The position numbers and the translations under genes are program-made. Positions 46,490 through 57,803 of a stretch of DNA of 64,000 bases are shown here, in pieces. Source of the DNA: a virus; the IMG/VR virus record IMGVR_UViG_3300009408_000001, positions 96,001-160,000 of that record; one strand, written 5' to 3'. Within the stretch, counting starts at the first letter, position 1. Every line of letters starts with the position of its first letter. The notes under the pieces are model-generated. The model saw only the letters and a program-made list of their open reading frames with translations. It was not told the DNA's origin and ran no database searches.

Positions 46490-47146
46490 ATGGCACATCC
46501 GCAATATAAACCCATCCCAAAGAACCCCACTGACAGCAAAAAGTTGGAAGTGGCCGGGGATCCCTGGAAACCAGGTGACTGGAACAAACCTTCTTTCAAG
46601 TTACGCATCGTAAATGGTAACGTGTGGTTCGCAGGGTACAGTAACCATCCCGATGATGAAGGAGTGGGTCCAATCAATGTGAAGTTCGACATTAGTCTGG
46701 GTTATACTTTCCTTGAGATGTTGGAAACCTGTGTCCGTGACCCAAATGCAGAACGGGTAGCAATCCAAGCAATGGAGGCACGTGACGCAGGTAAGATGGT
46801 AAAGGGTGGTAAAATCACGATTGGCCGAAATGCAGAGGGGGTTATTCGCTTAGCAGTAGAGTACCCTGGAAGACGAGCATGTCAACTCAAGTTCCATGAA
46901 TGTCGTTTTGCCAACTTCATGGACGGTAACGGCAATCCCCTTAGTGACAAGCGTGTTAGTGAACTGCGTTGTGGTTCCTTTGTAACCTCACTGCGTGAGA
47001 TACTAGCAGCGGTTTACGTGAAAGACTACGTTCACTATGTTAAGAAGAAACCAGCCAACAACAACAACGCAGGTAACAACGGTGGTGGTTTTGGTGACCC
47101 AGGTACAGCAACCGGAGGTACTTCTGAAGCAGATCTATTCGCATAG
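46490..47146 (+). CDS. chmC: ChmC-like nucleic-acid-binding protein (phiKZ gp67-like)
   Basis: Directly upstream of the gp68-like gene; beta-rich core with disordered N/G-rich C-tail. Confidence 0.6.
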   Translation: MAHPQYKPIPKNPTDSKKLEVAGDPWKPGDWNKPSFKLRIVNGNVWFAGYSNHPDDEGVGPINVKFDISLGYTFLEMLETCVRDPNAERVAIQAMEARDAGKMVKGGKITIGRNAEGVIRLAVEYPGRRACQLKFHECRFANFMDGNGNPLSDKRVSELRCGSFVTSLREILAAVYVKDYVHYVKKKPANNNNAGNNGGGFGDPGTATGGTSEADLFA

Positions 47147-47240
47147 GTAACACAATTACGGCATAATGGAAGCTCTCCTCTTTCGAGGATGAGCTTGTCT
47201 AAGCCGGATGAGTCCTATGTCAGGAGTCGGTAATGTTTTA

Positions 47241-47253
47241 GACATATATAATT
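47241..47253 (+). promoter_or_regulatory. Promoter-like motif GACATATATAATT
   Basis: 12/13 match to GACATATATTATT upstream of chmA (39306-39318). Confidence 0.45.
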
Positions 47254-47280
47254 AGTAAGAACAGTAACAGGAGAACTTTT

Positions 47281-48735
47281 ATGAGACTGTCAATTGTAAC
47301 GGAACATGGGGATAAGCGCCGGTTAATGGTGGAACACAATAACATTCCATTGGTGTGGTTATCCAGTGTATTGTATTCTAGAATTGTTAATCGACCCAGT
47401 GATTCCGTATTTGAGGTAGTAAACGATTACCTTGCTACTCTTACGCCCGACACGCAACGGGATATATTCGCACTCTACGTTAAGGCGTACACATGGTTAG
47501 ATTCGCCGGATGGTCAAGTTACACTCCAGACCACGGGCGAAGATGAGATAAAGGCCATGTTCGTTGAAATGCACCGCCTACTAGACTACCCACGTCTGAT
47601 TAAATGGATTGGTACCTCCGGGAGACTGGAGTTAAACGATACGATCACCGAGGTGTACACAGGTACATATCCTGTAGAGAGAACATACCTTAAAGGGGAG
47701 TACGAAGAACTGGCAGCACTTGCGGTACTTGCTAAGCTCGCCATGCCTATTTGGGGAACCATTGCCCAGTTCCGACAAGGGCAAGATAAGAAGTATAAGG
47801 AGATGGAATGTTTCCGCCTCTGGGAGAGATCCCCGGTAATGGAAACAAGAGGCATGCTTAAGCTAACAGCATACTGTTCTTCTACATCGGACCAACTCGG
47901 AAAGAATTCCGCTGCAACAGTTTGTATGCACATGGGTACAGAGGAGATCCCATTCTTCTTGGTATCCAAACGGATTGTACGGGACATCGCACTTGGTCCA
48001 TTACGTACTCCCGGAACCACCCTGATAATGCTTATCTTTAACTCACTCCGTGGAGATGCACGGACGTTGGGTTCTGGTATCAAGGATAAGCGGTCTACCA
48101 GGCCAGTCGGTGGAGAAAAAGAGTCCGTATCCGAATGGTTTCGGGCTTCTCAGAAGGTAGCCGACTATACGTACATCATGGCAGAGGAGTACATGCTGGA
48201 CACCCAGGGGTGTGCGATAGATTTGAATGAGAAGGCAGATGTGGTTAAAGTGATGTCGTACCTAGCTGCAATCACGAATACACCGGAGTTTTCCATAGCG
48301 CCTTACCATGTGCCTCTCTGTGGGCTCATTCTACAGAAGGTTATCCACCCGAAGTCATTGCGTAACATAAAACGGGATTCAATGATGTCAGCCATTGCCG
48401 TGTCCGCTGCTTGGTTATCTGACAACGGGTACCAGGAAATAGCCAACCTCATGCTAGCCCCACGACGGGTTAAGGAAGGCGACGACATGGAACTTCTACT
48501 GGCACAGGTGGGCGGGTATCCCTTTACCGCGTTTACAAGAGAGAACAAAGTACTATTGGAAGAGATGTATCCCTTCCAAAGAAGAGACAAAGGAGGTAGG
48601 AGTTTAGGAAACCCAGGAGCAGTTATGATTGACTCTATGTTGTCGGACATAGATGACAGTGTATTCCCAGGTGGTTCAGACGTGATACCCGACAACATAC
48701 GGAACGACATCGTTTCCATAATCAGGAGATTTTAA
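47281..48735 (+). CDS. nvRNAP promoter-specificity (sigma-like) subunit (phiKZ gp68-like)
   Basis: 484 aa; conserved position in the gp65-gp75 block. Confidence 0.75.
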   Translation: MRLSIVTEHGDKRRLMVEHNNIPLVWLSSVLYSRIVNRPSDSVFEVVNDYLATLTPDTQRDIFALYVKAYTWLDSPDGQVTLQTTGEDEIKAMFVEMHRLLDYPRLIKWIGTSGRLELNDTITEVYTGTYPVERTYLKGEYEELAALAVLAKLAMPIWGTIAQFRQGQDKKYKEMECFRLWERSPVMETRGMLKLTAYCSSTSDQLGKNSAATVCMHMGTEEIPFFLVSKRIVRDIALGPLRTPGTTLIMLIFNSLRGDARTLGSGIKDKRSTRPVGGEKESVSEWFRASQKVADYTYIMAEEYMLDTQGCAIDLNEKADVVKVMSYLAAITNTPEFSIAPYHVPLCGLILQKVIHPKSLRNIKRDSMMSAIAVSAAWLSDNGYQEIANLMLAPRRVKEGDDMELLLAQVGGYPFTAFTRENKVLLEEMYPFQRRDKGGRSLGNPGAVMIDSMLSDIDDSVFPGGSDVIPDNIRNDIVSIIRRF

Positions 48736-50240
48736 TGCAAAACGAACATAACTCATATAACCTAGTTAGTGAGACCCCCTCTGTAACACTGGTGTCCGCT
48801 GTGTTCAGTGAGGTACCATTAGAAGCACAGTCGCATTATCGACCCTTTACGGTCCGGACTGACCATACCACCGCCACTAGGTTGGATGAGATTACACAAG
48901 GTGGTCGCCTCACGGATGCCCTTAACTTAACCAGCATTGCAGGTAGCATTGTAGCACCCGCAACACAGTCACAGGGAAAGATCGTTATTCCAAACGGGTG
49001 GGATACCCGAAGAATGTCCGTTACGCTGACCTTTAACGTGTCCACGGGGTTTGGAGTTACCTTAGAAACCGTGAACGGGTACAGTTCCCACACGGGACTA
49101 TCCCGAGATGGACAGAACCTTGACCCCCAGATGGAAATTTTCCTAACCGGACATGAAACAGCTGTGCAAAAGAGAGCAATGGGTTCCGCCCCTTCCGCAG
49201 TCTCATACGGTAAGTGTTCTTCTAGTCAGTTGCTGGGTAACACACAACATGTGGGAATAGATGGCATCATCAGCGCAACAACCAGGATGGCAAGACCAAC
49301 TGACCTCCTGTCTCACCAGGATAACGTGGTTAATAACTACGACCTTCCCAGCATTATTGACCAGCGTGGTGTAGTAGGTGGGGGGTATAGTTCATCCAGT
49401 ACGGACAACGTCACGCCTTCCGTGTACCTGTCAAAGGTAATGGGTGCGTATAAGGAAGCATCTGCTACTGTAGGTAACCACCGTTCGTCCGGGCATGGTA
49501 TTATGGCCGCTGCCGCAGTATCGGATTCTGCTACGGAGACAGAGAAATCGGAGTCTATCCTCTTTAGAACAATTGGAGATTACTCGCAACTGACCACTAC
49601 TGGCCGGGTTACGGTAACCGAGTTGGCCAGGATGTTCCCTAACTTTGACCATGTTACGCACGTTAGCCTTATTCCCAGGACAGGTATGACTGACCTGACT
49701 GGACATGTAAACCACTGGGGAGGGTCTAATCTGGAAACGAACATCGCTCTCATGTTGACTCAGTCCATCCCATCGTTCATGGCAACGTACATGATCGGCA
49801 CGTACGGATTTGCAATGGATAATCATGTTACTAACTTTGGCCAGGTTGGCCAGGTTGGAAATAACCATGTGAACTTCATTGAAACAGGGTGGCAGGGTAA
49901 GTTGGAACTTCCTGACAACCCCATCCGAGCGGACTATGTTAAACAGTCCATCACTGGGATCCTTGTGCCTCAGATCCTAGCAGCCGGTGTAGGGGACTTC
50001 ATCATTTCCTGTACTGTAAACAGCCTAGGGAGTTGTTCAGTATCACTGAGCATCAACGGAGGGCACACAATGGAGTTCTCCAATGGGGTATACTCCAATG
50101 CCCTCTCTACACCGATTGGGGTCCATGGGATGGACCAGGTGCGTGAAATCTCAGACGGTATCGTTGGGGCTACACAGGGAGCTATAAAAGACTCCCACCT
50201 GACCGCAGGTGGGTACGACGACATTTACCAAGGGTATTAA
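48735..50240 (+). CDS. picA: Nuclear import factor PicA/Imp1 (phiKZ gp69-like)
   Basis: 501 aa; gene immediately after gp68-like. Confidence 0.7.
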   Translation: MQNEHNSYNLVSETPSVTLVSAVFSEVPLEAQSHYRPFTVRTDHTTATRLDEITQGGRLTDALNLTSIAGSIVAPATQSQGKIVIPNGWDTRRMSVTLTFNVSTGFGVTLETVNGYSSHTGLSRDGQNLDPQMEIFLTGHETAVQKRAMGSAPSAVSYGKCSSSQLLGNTQHVGIDGIISATTRMARPTDLLSHQDNVVNNYDLPSIIDQRGVVGGGYSSSSTDNVTPSVYLSKVMGAYKEASATVGNHRSSGHGIMAAAAVSDSATETEKSESILFRTIGDYSQLTTTGRVTVTELARMFPNFDHVTHVSLIPRTGMTDLTGHVNHWGGSNLETNIALMLTQSIPSFMATYMIGTYGFAMDNHVTNFGQVGQVGNNHVNFIETGWQGKLELPDNPIRADYVKQSITGILVPQILAAGVGDFIISCTVNSLGSCSVSLSINGGHTMEFSNGVYSNALSTPIGVHGMDQVREISDGIVGATQGAIKDSHLTAGGYDDIYQGY

Positions 50241-50241
50241 G

Positions 50242-51627
50242 ATGAAGAAGTTAGAAAAGCATTACCGATCAGTGTTATCGGATTGTGGCAACTTGGTTGA
50301 GGACAACGGTACTGTCTTAACCATGCTGGAAAATGTGAACACTGGTAAGTTGAAGCCCCGTAAAGTACGGGTGGCCAGAAGCACAGACCAAGGGGAGAAG
50401 GGGTGGAGATCTCTTCCACTGGTTATTCCAACGAGTGGCCTGTTGGCAGAGGAAGATCAGTCTAAGATGGTGTTCTTCCATCCTGCGTGCGAAGAACTCT
50501 TACGTGGGCAGTCTGAAGTACTTAACGCGATGGTTAAGATGGTATCCGAACGACTGTTCCTGTCGTCTACTTCGCTGATCGCTGCGATCATTTCGAATGC
50601 AAATGAAACCGACCTACCACAGTCTGCGGCAGAGGTGATTGCACAGGTCCCTATCGTGTCAGATAAGACAGTGTCGGACCACGCCAAGTTCATGTCTGGG
50701 ATCACCGGGTTTGCTTCTCCTCGTCCAGCAGTACGGATTAAGTTCAAACGGAATGGGAACGACGACGGTAAAACGTACACTCACAAATGTACGATTGACT
50801 TCCCACCCATGCTTAATGACTTCTATGGCAGAAAGTTGACGAAAGCAGCTAAGGCGGCTATCTTGAAAGCGTACGAACTCGTTTGTGGCACAGGCGAGTA
50901 CACTGCTTATTCAGAAGGCGGACAGGCACCGTATTATCGGACTCTACTAACCGCATACCACGAAGCCATGACTCGGATCAACACTGTTTCCAAGGCACTC
51001 AAGCACATTGGTCATCCAGTGTTGTGTGAGTTTAATGGTAAGTGGTTAAAGGAATTGGCCAAATTAGGAACGTGGTATAAGTCTGAGTTGTTCATTCAGC
51101 TAGAAGGAAACCGTGGACTAGGTGGCAGTCAAACAGAAGAAACCGCTTCTGTAGCACAACCCATTAAAACTGTAGCACCACAACGCAATGTTCCTGTAGC
51201 TCCAACACCAGTACCGCAGGCACCACCTGCTCCTGCTCCAGCCGCAAGTGCAGGTTCATGGTACCCACCTGTACAAACCCAGCAACAGCAACAGCCACAA
51301 CAAGTGTACCCACCACAAGGCAGTTATCCACAAACCCAGCCACAACAAGGATACCCACCACAAGGCAGTTATCCACAACCCCAGTATCCGCAACAAGGAT
51401 ACAGCCAACCCCCACCACAACAATCACAGTATCCGCAACAAGGATACAACCAATCTCCACCACAACAACCCCAGTACCCGCAACAAGGATACAGCCAACC
51501 CCCACCACAACAATCACAGGGTGTTCCAATGAAGTCATACCGGGATGATCGAACGGGTCAGATCATGCAAGCCCCAATGACTCCTGATGAAATCAACACC
51601 GCGAGAGCTCGAGGACAGCTCGTTTAA
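50242..51627 (+). CDS. Conserved protein (phiKZ gp70-like) with Q/P/Y-rich C-terminal repeats
   Basis: Synteny; YPQQGY-type repeats at about 51290-51520. Confidence 0.7.
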   Translation: MKKLEKHYRSVLSDCGNLVEDNGTVLTMLENVNTGKLKPRKVRVARSTDQGEKGWRSLPLVIPTSGLLAEEDQSKMVFFHPACEELLRGQSEVLNAMVKMVSERLFLSSTSLIAAIISNANETDLPQSAAEVIAQVPIVSDKTVSDHAKFMSGITGFASPRPAVRIKFKRNGNDDGKTYTHKCTIDFPPMLNDFYGRKLTKAAKAAILKAYELVCGTGEYTAYSEGGQAPYYRTLLTAYHEAMTRINTVSKALKHIGHPVLCEFNGKWLKELAKLGTWYKSELFIQLEGNRGLGGSQTEETASVAQPIKTVAPQRNVPVAPTPVPQAPPAPAPAASAGSWYPPVQTQQQQQPQQVYPPQGSYPQTQPQQGYPPQGSYPQPQYPQQGYSQPPPQQSQYPQQGYNQSPPQQPQYPQQGYSQPPPQQSQGVPMKSYRDDRTGQIMQAPMTPDEINTARARGQLV

Positions 51628-51667
51628 CAGCATATGAAGAAGTACCCCATCTGGGGTACTTTTTTAT

Positions 51668-52006
51668 TTACAGGCTCCCTCTTCTGGATAAGAAGGTTTG
51701 ATATAGGTTTACGATCGCCATTGGGTCAACGAGACTTATAACCGCGTGGTCAGATCGGAACTCAGAGGGGCTCTGCATTCCATTTACACGCATGATTATC
51801 CAATGTGTGTCTCTGGGTACCGAGTTTGCTACAAGGAACCCGTATAGGTCACCAGGATACATCTGATGAGCTGCCGTATCGGGGAGAAGATGCCGCTGTA
51901 TGTGTTTCTCTCGTATTACATCTAAGTGGTCCTCTAACATAACCCTGAATGCAGGAGAGTGTAGGGAACCGGAATCGGTGGTTTGAAGAAGTGTGTTGAT
52001 AAACAT
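51668..52006 (-). CDS. Small protein, possibly LysM/T4 gp53-like
   Basis: YPGDLYGFL...WIIMRVNGMQSP resembles the gp53-type YG..L.W.I...N.I.DP pattern. Confidence 0.45.
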   Translation of the reverse strand: MFINTLLQTTDSGSLHSPAFRVMLEDHLDVIREKHIQRHLLPDTAAHQMYPGDLYGFLVANSVPRDTHWIIMRVNGMQSPSEFRSDHAVISLVDPMAIVNLYQTFLSRRGSL

Positions 52007-52028
52007 AGTGTCACCAGACCTATAGGAA

Positions 52029-52037
52029 TATATTACC
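52029..52037 (+). promoter_or_regulatory. Early promoter motif TATATTAC
   Basis: Exact motif upstream of the nvRNAP beta RBS. Confidence 0.65.
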
Positions 52038-52061
52038 ATTGTGGAACAACAGGAGAATACA

Positions 52062-54191
52062 ATGATAACAGAAGAAATACGCAACCTAAACTACGATGAT
52101 CTTTTGGCTGCCTTGCCACGGGCAATGTCATTAGAACACATGGGGATGGATGCAGCTAAACAGTCCTTTGGGATAAATAACAGTGGGAGCAGGAAACAGA
52201 TGGCTACTGCAATGACAGCACAAGCCGTGTTGCCAAAGGTACCAACTGTAGCACGCTGTCTACATGGACTGGAATCCCAGTTGGCAGAATACACTGTACG
52301 CATACAGGCACCGTGTGACCTGATTGTTAAGAAAGTGATCTCCAAGTACCCAAGGGGAATAGGAGATGGGTCCTTTGCAGAGAACCCATTAATCACGGTC
52401 ATCTTCCAGCATGCAGAGACAGGCCAATATGGTAGTTTCCATATACAATCCTACCACAACCAAGAGGACCGTTACCATGAAGTGTTTGGCTTTAAATACA
52501 AGTTGACACTGCTCGGTAAGCAGTTACACCCTGGTATGAGAATTGCGGAAGGTGCAGTACTGGCAAAGGGACCCAGTGTTACCGAGGACGGTACTTACAT
52601 GTCCGGGTTGGGTGCGAACCTAGCCTACATGGAATTACCACATGGGATTGAAGATGGGTTCCGGGTCTCTAGGGAATGGGTTGAGCGAGCCAGCCCTATT
52701 GGAACCATGATGTACACCTGCTCGTCTGGTAACAAGTGGTTCCTCTTAAACATGTATGGGGATAAGGATAACTTCATTCCGTTTCCTGCCATAGGACAAG
52801 GTATTCGAGCGGATGGTATCCTGTATGCAATGCGGGTGTTTGACCCGGTGTTCAACGGGATTGACATGACTGCCGAGGCACTGATGGTCGTGGATAGGGT
52901 ACACGATAACGTGTGTTACGTTGACCCTAAGCTCATGTCCAAGGGGGCTAACGCATCTGTTATTGACATTACCGTGTTGACCACCACCACCGAAGGGAAT
53001 AAGAAACGGTCTACTCCAGTGGGAATGGAGCTAGCTATGAATAAGTACGTGACGGCTACTAGTACTTATTGGAAAGAGATCGCAGACTTTTACTTTGAAG
53101 TAACCCGTGGACAATCTGACAAAGGCAGTATGTTACAACCGGAGTTCCAGACATTGGTGACTCGTGCGTTTGGGGATGTTCCTTCTACAACCGCAAAACG
53201 TACAGCATGTGGAGCAAAGCACGTACATAAGTCATATCGGGATACTCCAATTGACGAGTTCACTGTAGAGATTAGATTGCAGTACACTCACGTACTTGAC
53301 CTGGGAGGTAAGACAACCAACCTACATGGTCATAAGGGGGTGTTCTGTCTCATAACCCCACGCAGTGAAATGCCACGGGACGAGTTCGGTAACATAGCGG
53401 ACATCGTTTACTACACCAAGGGAGTTATTGGTAGACTCAATCCGGGACAACTGTACGAACACTTCCTAAATGCCACAGCACGTGATGTCAGTAAGGATAT
53501 ACGGAAAATGGTAGACGCGGGCAAATGGGATGATGCATGGAACCACTATGTCGGTTACATTGAAGCGTCAAACCCGGCTTACCTGAGTGTTGTGAAGTCG
53601 GCTAGTCCGGATGAGATACAGGAAGTCGTAGAAGGAATCTACGCCGATGGCATTTACAACTTTGTTCCAGCAAACTCCGGTGACATTGGCATAGAGGTCC
53701 GAGATCGGATTAACGCATTCCGTCCTCCAGATAAGAGTCCCGTCACTTATGTGGATACTAACGGCAATACGGTTACAACGTTGGTACCTGTGTTGATTGG
53801 AGAAGTGCAACAACTTATCCTGGAGAAGATTCTACATAAACCGGCGGCGGTGGCAGGGGCACCGCGTGGAACATACGGTTTGATCATACCACCTTCTAAG
53901 TCAACGAAGTATAACACCCCAGGTAACCAAACCGCTCCACGGGGAATTGGGGAGTCTGAAAGTCGGAATGCCGCATCGGTCTTACCCAAAGGCGAGATCA
54001 ATGAGGTACTTCAGATGAGTACGGATCCAAAGGCACATGCCTCTTCCGTTAGAAAGATCTACACTGGGCCAAACCCGTGTCAGGTACCGGATTCCCTAGA
54101 TCGAGATGGGGAACCCAGTATTGGGCGAGCAGCAGCATACGTAAGACACATCCTGAGGTGTTACGGCATCGACATAGTGAACGAGGCATAG
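52062..54191 (+). CDS. Non-virion RNA polymerase beta C-terminal subunit (phiKZ gp71/73-like)
   Basis: SGSRKQM..., EDGF, GGKTTNLHGHKG (GDK...HG.KG), GRLNPGQ, GESE motifs; AGGAGA RBS before ATG 52062. Confidence 0.92.
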   Translation: MITEEIRNLNYDDLLAALPRAMSLEHMGMDAAKQSFGINNSGSRKQMATAMTAQAVLPKVPTVARCLHGLESQLAEYTVRIQAPCDLIVKKVISKYPRGIGDGSFAENPLITVIFQHAETGQYGSFHIQSYHNQEDRYHEVFGFKYKLTLLGKQLHPGMRIAEGAVLAKGPSVTEDGTYMSGLGANLAYMELPHGIEDGFRVSREWVERASPIGTMMYTCSSGNKWFLLNMYGDKDNFIPFPAIGQGIRADGILYAMRVFDPVFNGIDMTAEALMVVDRVHDNVCYVDPKLMSKGANASVIDITVLTTTTEGNKKRSTPVGMELAMNKYVTATSTYWKEIADFYFEVTRGQSDKGSMLQPEFQTLVTRAFGDVPSTTAKRTACGAKHVHKSYRDTPIDEFTVEIRLQYTHVLDLGGKTTNLHGHKGVFCLITPRSEMPRDEFGNIADIVYYTKGVIGRLNPGQLYEHFLNATARDVSKDIRKMVDAGKWDDAWNHYVGYIEASNPAYLSVVKSASPDEIQEVVEGIYADGIYNFVPANSGDIGIEVRDRINAFRPPDKSPVTYVDTNGNTVTTLVPVLIGEVQQLILEKILHKPAAVAGAPRGTYGLIIPPSKSTKYNTPGNQTAPRGIGESESRNAASVLPKGEINEVLQMSTDPKAHASSVRKIYTGPNPCQVPDSLDRDGEPSIGRAAAYVRHILRCYGIDIVNEA

Positions 54192-54193
54192 AC

Positions 54194-56158
54194 ATGGGTA
54201 GCGCAATTCAGTTAAAAGAGTACACCGTAGCCGATTTACTGGCTATCTCTCCAAGTGAGATTGAAGGGAAACTGCCACCGGTTCATATTGTTCGGTTTCC
54301 AGATAACACCCTCCTGTTATCTAGTCCACCTAGGACTAGAGTATCCAGGACATACTGGGAGTTATTCTGCCTATATCCCGGTGCGGTAATCGGCAGGGAG
54401 CATATGCTACCCGCTACGGTTTTTAAGAAGTCCAGTGATGTGGACCTGTTGCAGACTTTGTTCTGGGATGTCCGTGCGGGACACATGGCACTCCATCCAG
54501 ATGCAGAAGATCCTGTTTGGAGAATGGCAAAATCCGCATATGAGATCCAGAACACGATGTACAACATGTACGTCAGTGACCTGGGGAAGTATGGTTCATC
54601 CGTAGACTTGGATGCCCTTTCCGAGATCATGACACACCCACAGGTGGTTTCGGCACTCAAGGCAAATGATGACGGGGATATCGACCTTGACGAAACATAC
54701 CGTCGGATCATCTCGTTCATGCAATCTCCACTACCGGAGTTAAGAGACAACGGGATTGCTAGGTTATCTCGGTGTAACCTTTTGTCACTGGCACAGACGG
54801 TACAGATGGTAGGGCGTCGAGGTCAAGTATCTGCGGCAGATGGGAGAATCTATAAGTACCCTCTGAAGGGTAGTTTTGGAAATGGCCTAGGTGACCTGTA
54901 CTCTTACGCTACAGAATCCCGTTCTGCGTCGTTGTCACTGTACATGACCGATGGGCCACTCAAGGATACGGAGTACTTCAATAGACGCATGCAACTCGTG
55001 TGTGCTATTATACAGGGGATCAAACTCAAAGACTGTGGAGATACAAAGGGCATTCGGTATCAGGTAGGTGACTATGACATACCGACCCTGGAGGGACGTT
55101 ATCGTATCCTTGAAGACGGTACACATACTCGGATCAACATTGACGATGTACACCTCATCGGAAAAGAGATCCAGGTTCGAAGCATTACGACGTGTCGTTC
55201 TCCAGACCCAACACACAGCTGTAAAGTGTGCATGGGAGATATACATGTCACGATGCCTCCTCACACGAACTACGGTCACTTCCTGACGGTCTATGTGCTT
55301 TCTAAGTTATCCCAGCTTATTCTAAGTACGAAGCATGTTGTGACCAGTGCAGAGGCACTTACGTTAGTCCTTAGTAAGGACCTTCAAACGTGGTTCCGAC
55401 TGGACAAGTTGAACAAGTCACAGGTTCGGCTACAACGGGGGGTAGGGAACGTTATGATCCGCGTTCCAGCGGAAGGGGTATTCGGGAGAAACATTGTACT
55501 GCATCATAAAGGAGATGTCGGTACTTTATCTCCACCCCGGATAAGTTGTATCCCTTCTCTTAAGATCGCACAGATGGGACCATCGGGTACACGTACAGGA
55601 AACTGGATTGACGTGGATGTTTCAGTAGGCGGCATTGGCAGTGCCTTATCAACAGATGTACTGCGAGAGATGCACCTGAGTGGTTGGGAGAACGAAGATG
55701 GGGAACTGTTAATCCGGTTGCCTAACTTCGGCGGTAATTCCGTATTCATTACGCCTCGTCGGAATGACTCCATGATGGATTACGTGAAACGGTTCATGTA
55801 CTTCATCTTTGCTGGAGATCCTCGTGCCGGTAAGGGAGATAGTATCGCTAACTACGATACTCCAGATGCGGCAATCGCTGCTTTGCGTACCATCGTAGAT
55901 GAGCGTGTTCCAGAAGCATCCTTTGGTAACATAGAGGTGTTCATTCGTGCAGTAATGACGGTTGCAGGAAGACGTAACCTGAACTTACCCGTTGGAGGAG
56001 AGCCCTTCAAGTTCGTATCAGCACTGCATGTTCTATCAGGTAGGTCAACAAGTGCGGTTCTGGTTTACCAAGGACAACGCAAGGTACTAACCACACCGGG
56101 TTCACTCTTAAGGAAAGTGACTCAGGATCATCCGATCGACTGTATGTTCGGAGAATAG
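54194..56158 (+). CDS. Non-virion RNA polymerase beta' C-terminal subunit (phiKZ gp74-like)
   Basis: QMVGRRG, LKDTEYFNRRMQ (bridge-helix-like), Zn site DCG...CRSP...CKVC, SQLILSTKH (trigger-loop-like). Confidence 0.9.
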   Translation: MGSAIQLKEYTVADLLAISPSEIEGKLPPVHIVRFPDNTLLLSSPPRTRVSRTYWELFCLYPGAVIGREHMLPATVFKKSSDVDLLQTLFWDVRAGHMALHPDAEDPVWRMAKSAYEIQNTMYNMYVSDLGKYGSSVDLDALSEIMTHPQVVSALKANDDGDIDLDETYRRIISFMQSPLPELRDNGIARLSRCNLLSLAQTVQMVGRRGQVSAADGRIYKYPLKGSFGNGLGDLYSYATESRSASLSLYMTDGPLKDTEYFNRRMQLVCAIIQGIKLKDCGDTKGIRYQVGDYDIPTLEGRYRILEDGTHTRINIDDVHLIGKEIQVRSITTCRSPDPTHSCKVCMGDIHVTMPPHTNYGHFLTVYVLSKLSQLILSTKHVVTSAEALTLVLSKDLQTWFRLDKLNKSQVRLQRGVGNVMIRVPAEGVFGRNIVLHHKGDVGTLSPPRISCIPSLKIAQMGPSGTRTGNWIDVDVSVGGIGSALSTDVLREMHLSGWENEDGELLIRLPNFGGNSVFITPRRNDSMMDYVKRFMYFIFAGDPRAGKGDSIANYDTPDAAIAALRTIVDERVPEASFGNIEVFIRAVMTVAGRRNLNLPVGGEPFKFVSALHVLSGRSTSAVLVYQGQRKVLTTPGSLLRKVTQDHPIDCMFGE

Positions 56159-56223
56159 TAAATGGCCGCTAACTTGCTAGTTAGCGGCTTTATTTTATGT
56201 CATTAAACCAAACGGGAGGAGAC

Positions 56224-57747
56224 ATGGCTACATTTACGGTCGACAATTACAGCCATGGGTTTACCATTAAGGCATCGACAGGAACAGCACAGAAAGCATT
56301 ATTAGATTACTGTAAGGGACTGTCTACATTCGAGAAGAAATGGGACCCCCTCTCAATGCAACGCCGTACGTTCGTAAAGGACGTTTACGCAGCCGCATCC
56401 CCGTACCTACAGAACATCGGGTTCGTCAATGGGGATTGGAAAGCACTACGTAGCAAGTTATACAGCGCAGGGTTTACTGATGTGGATTTCACGCACCAGG
56501 TACACCGTGCATCAGACGGCGTACCCATTGAGGTGGAGCTACGAGATTGGGTCTCTCCACGTGAAGAACAAGTCCCAGTCGTAGAGTTCTTAACAAGACC
56601 ACAAGCCCCAACCTGTGTACTTCCCATGCGCACGGGTGGTGGTAAGACCATTTCCACGATCATGTCTATCGCTAAGGTAGGTAGACGCGCTTGTCTCTCG
56701 ATGGCCCGACAACACATCATCACATGGATGAAGTCAATCGAGGAGTTCACATTAACCGAGAAAGATGAGATCTTCTGGGCAGATGGACAACCTGGCTTAA
56801 CCAAGCTAATAAAACAAGCGAAAGCCGGAGAGTGTAACTACAAGTTCATCTTCATAACGGTGGGTACAATGCGGGGTTTCATAAAACGATACCTTGCAAC
56901 GGGCCACTTGATTGAGGGCGTAAGTCCACGTGACCTTATGTCCATCCTAGGGGTAGGTATCTTAGCGGTGGATGAATCCCACGAGAATGTACATGCCATG
57001 TGTATCGCTGCTATCCATACCCACGTAGCAAAGGTCATATACCTCTCTGCCACCATCGTAACTGACAATAAGTTCACAGAGGGCATCTACGATAAACTCT
57101 TCCCTCAGGACCTCAGGTTCAGTGGTGGACGAGAGAATGACCACGTTGAAGTATACCCTGTCTTTTATCGGCACTCTGCACCAAAGCAAGTTAAGTGCAA
57201 GGGTAAGATGGGATACAGTCACATCATGTATGAGGCATGGTTGTTGGAAGACGAACGTAGAATGACTGCGTACTACGATCTGGTAAATGCCATTGTTGGC
57301 GGTACCTTTATGAAGTCGTATAAGAAGGGACAGAAAGCCCTGTTGTTCTGTGCCACCATTGACTTCTGTAAAGAGATAGCACGTAGACTGGACCTAGACT
57401 ACCGTGACCAAGGGATTGTTGCTAAGTCCTATAACGGAACAGATGCATATTCTGTCTTGTATGATTCAGACATCGTTGTCTCTACAGTGGGGTCAGCAGG
57501 TACCGGGAAGGACATACCCAACATGATGGTTGCCGTATCGTGCATTGCCATTGGCTCCGTTCAAAAGAACCTGCAGATGTTGGGGCGACCCCGCCCACCA
57601 AAAGACTTTCCTGGGATTGACCCCCAGTATTTCTACTTGGTGGCGAGTGACATTAAACAACACCTGGATTATGACAAGCGTAAGCGCGCAGCCTTCACAG
57701 GCATGTGTCGGTTTGTCAAGCCACTTAACTCTAACAAGGTTATCTAA
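56224..57747 (+). CDS. SF2 DExH helicase (phiKZ gp75-like)
   Basis: Motif I TGGGKT, II VDESH, III SAT, VI QMLGRPR; GGAGG RBS before ATG 56224. Confidence 0.9.
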   Translation: MATFTVDNYSHGFTIKASTGTAQKALLDYCKGLSTFEKKWDPLSMQRRTFVKDVYAAASPYLQNIGFVNGDWKALRSKLYSAGFTDVDFTHQVHRASDGVPIEVELRDWVSPREEQVPVVEFLTRPQAPTCVLPMRTGGGKTISTIMSIAKVGRRACLSMARQHIITWMKSIEEFTLTEKDEIFWADGQPGLTKLIKQAKAGECNYKFIFITVGTMRGFIKRYLATGHLIEGVSPRDLMSILGVGILAVDESHENVHAMCIAAIHTHVAKVIYLSATIVTDNKFTEGIYDKLFPQDLRFSGGRENDHVEVYPVFYRHSAPKQVKCKGKMGYSHIMYEAWLLEDERRMTAYYDLVNAIVGGTFMKSYKKGQKALLFCATIDFCKEIARRLDLDYRDQGIVAKSYNGTDAYSVLYDSDIVVSTVGSAGTGKDIPNMMVAVSCIAIGSVQKNLQMLGRPRPPKDFPGIDPQYFYLVASDIKQHLDYDKRKRAAFTGMCRFVKPLNSNKVI

Positions 57748-57803
57748 TATACGCGTCCCTCTTTGGGGGCGTTTCTTTTTTACCTCAACCGGACACACCT
57801 AAC

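Noticed and set aside
47200-47235. Hammerhead ribozyme (CGGATGAGTCC...GGA)
   Set aside because: The core reads CGGATGA rather than CTGATGA, and no GAAA follows stem II.
51164-51548. Alternative-frame ORFs (H/N-rich, T/P-rich, V-rich)
   Set aside because: Shadows of the low-complexity repeat in the gp70-like gene.
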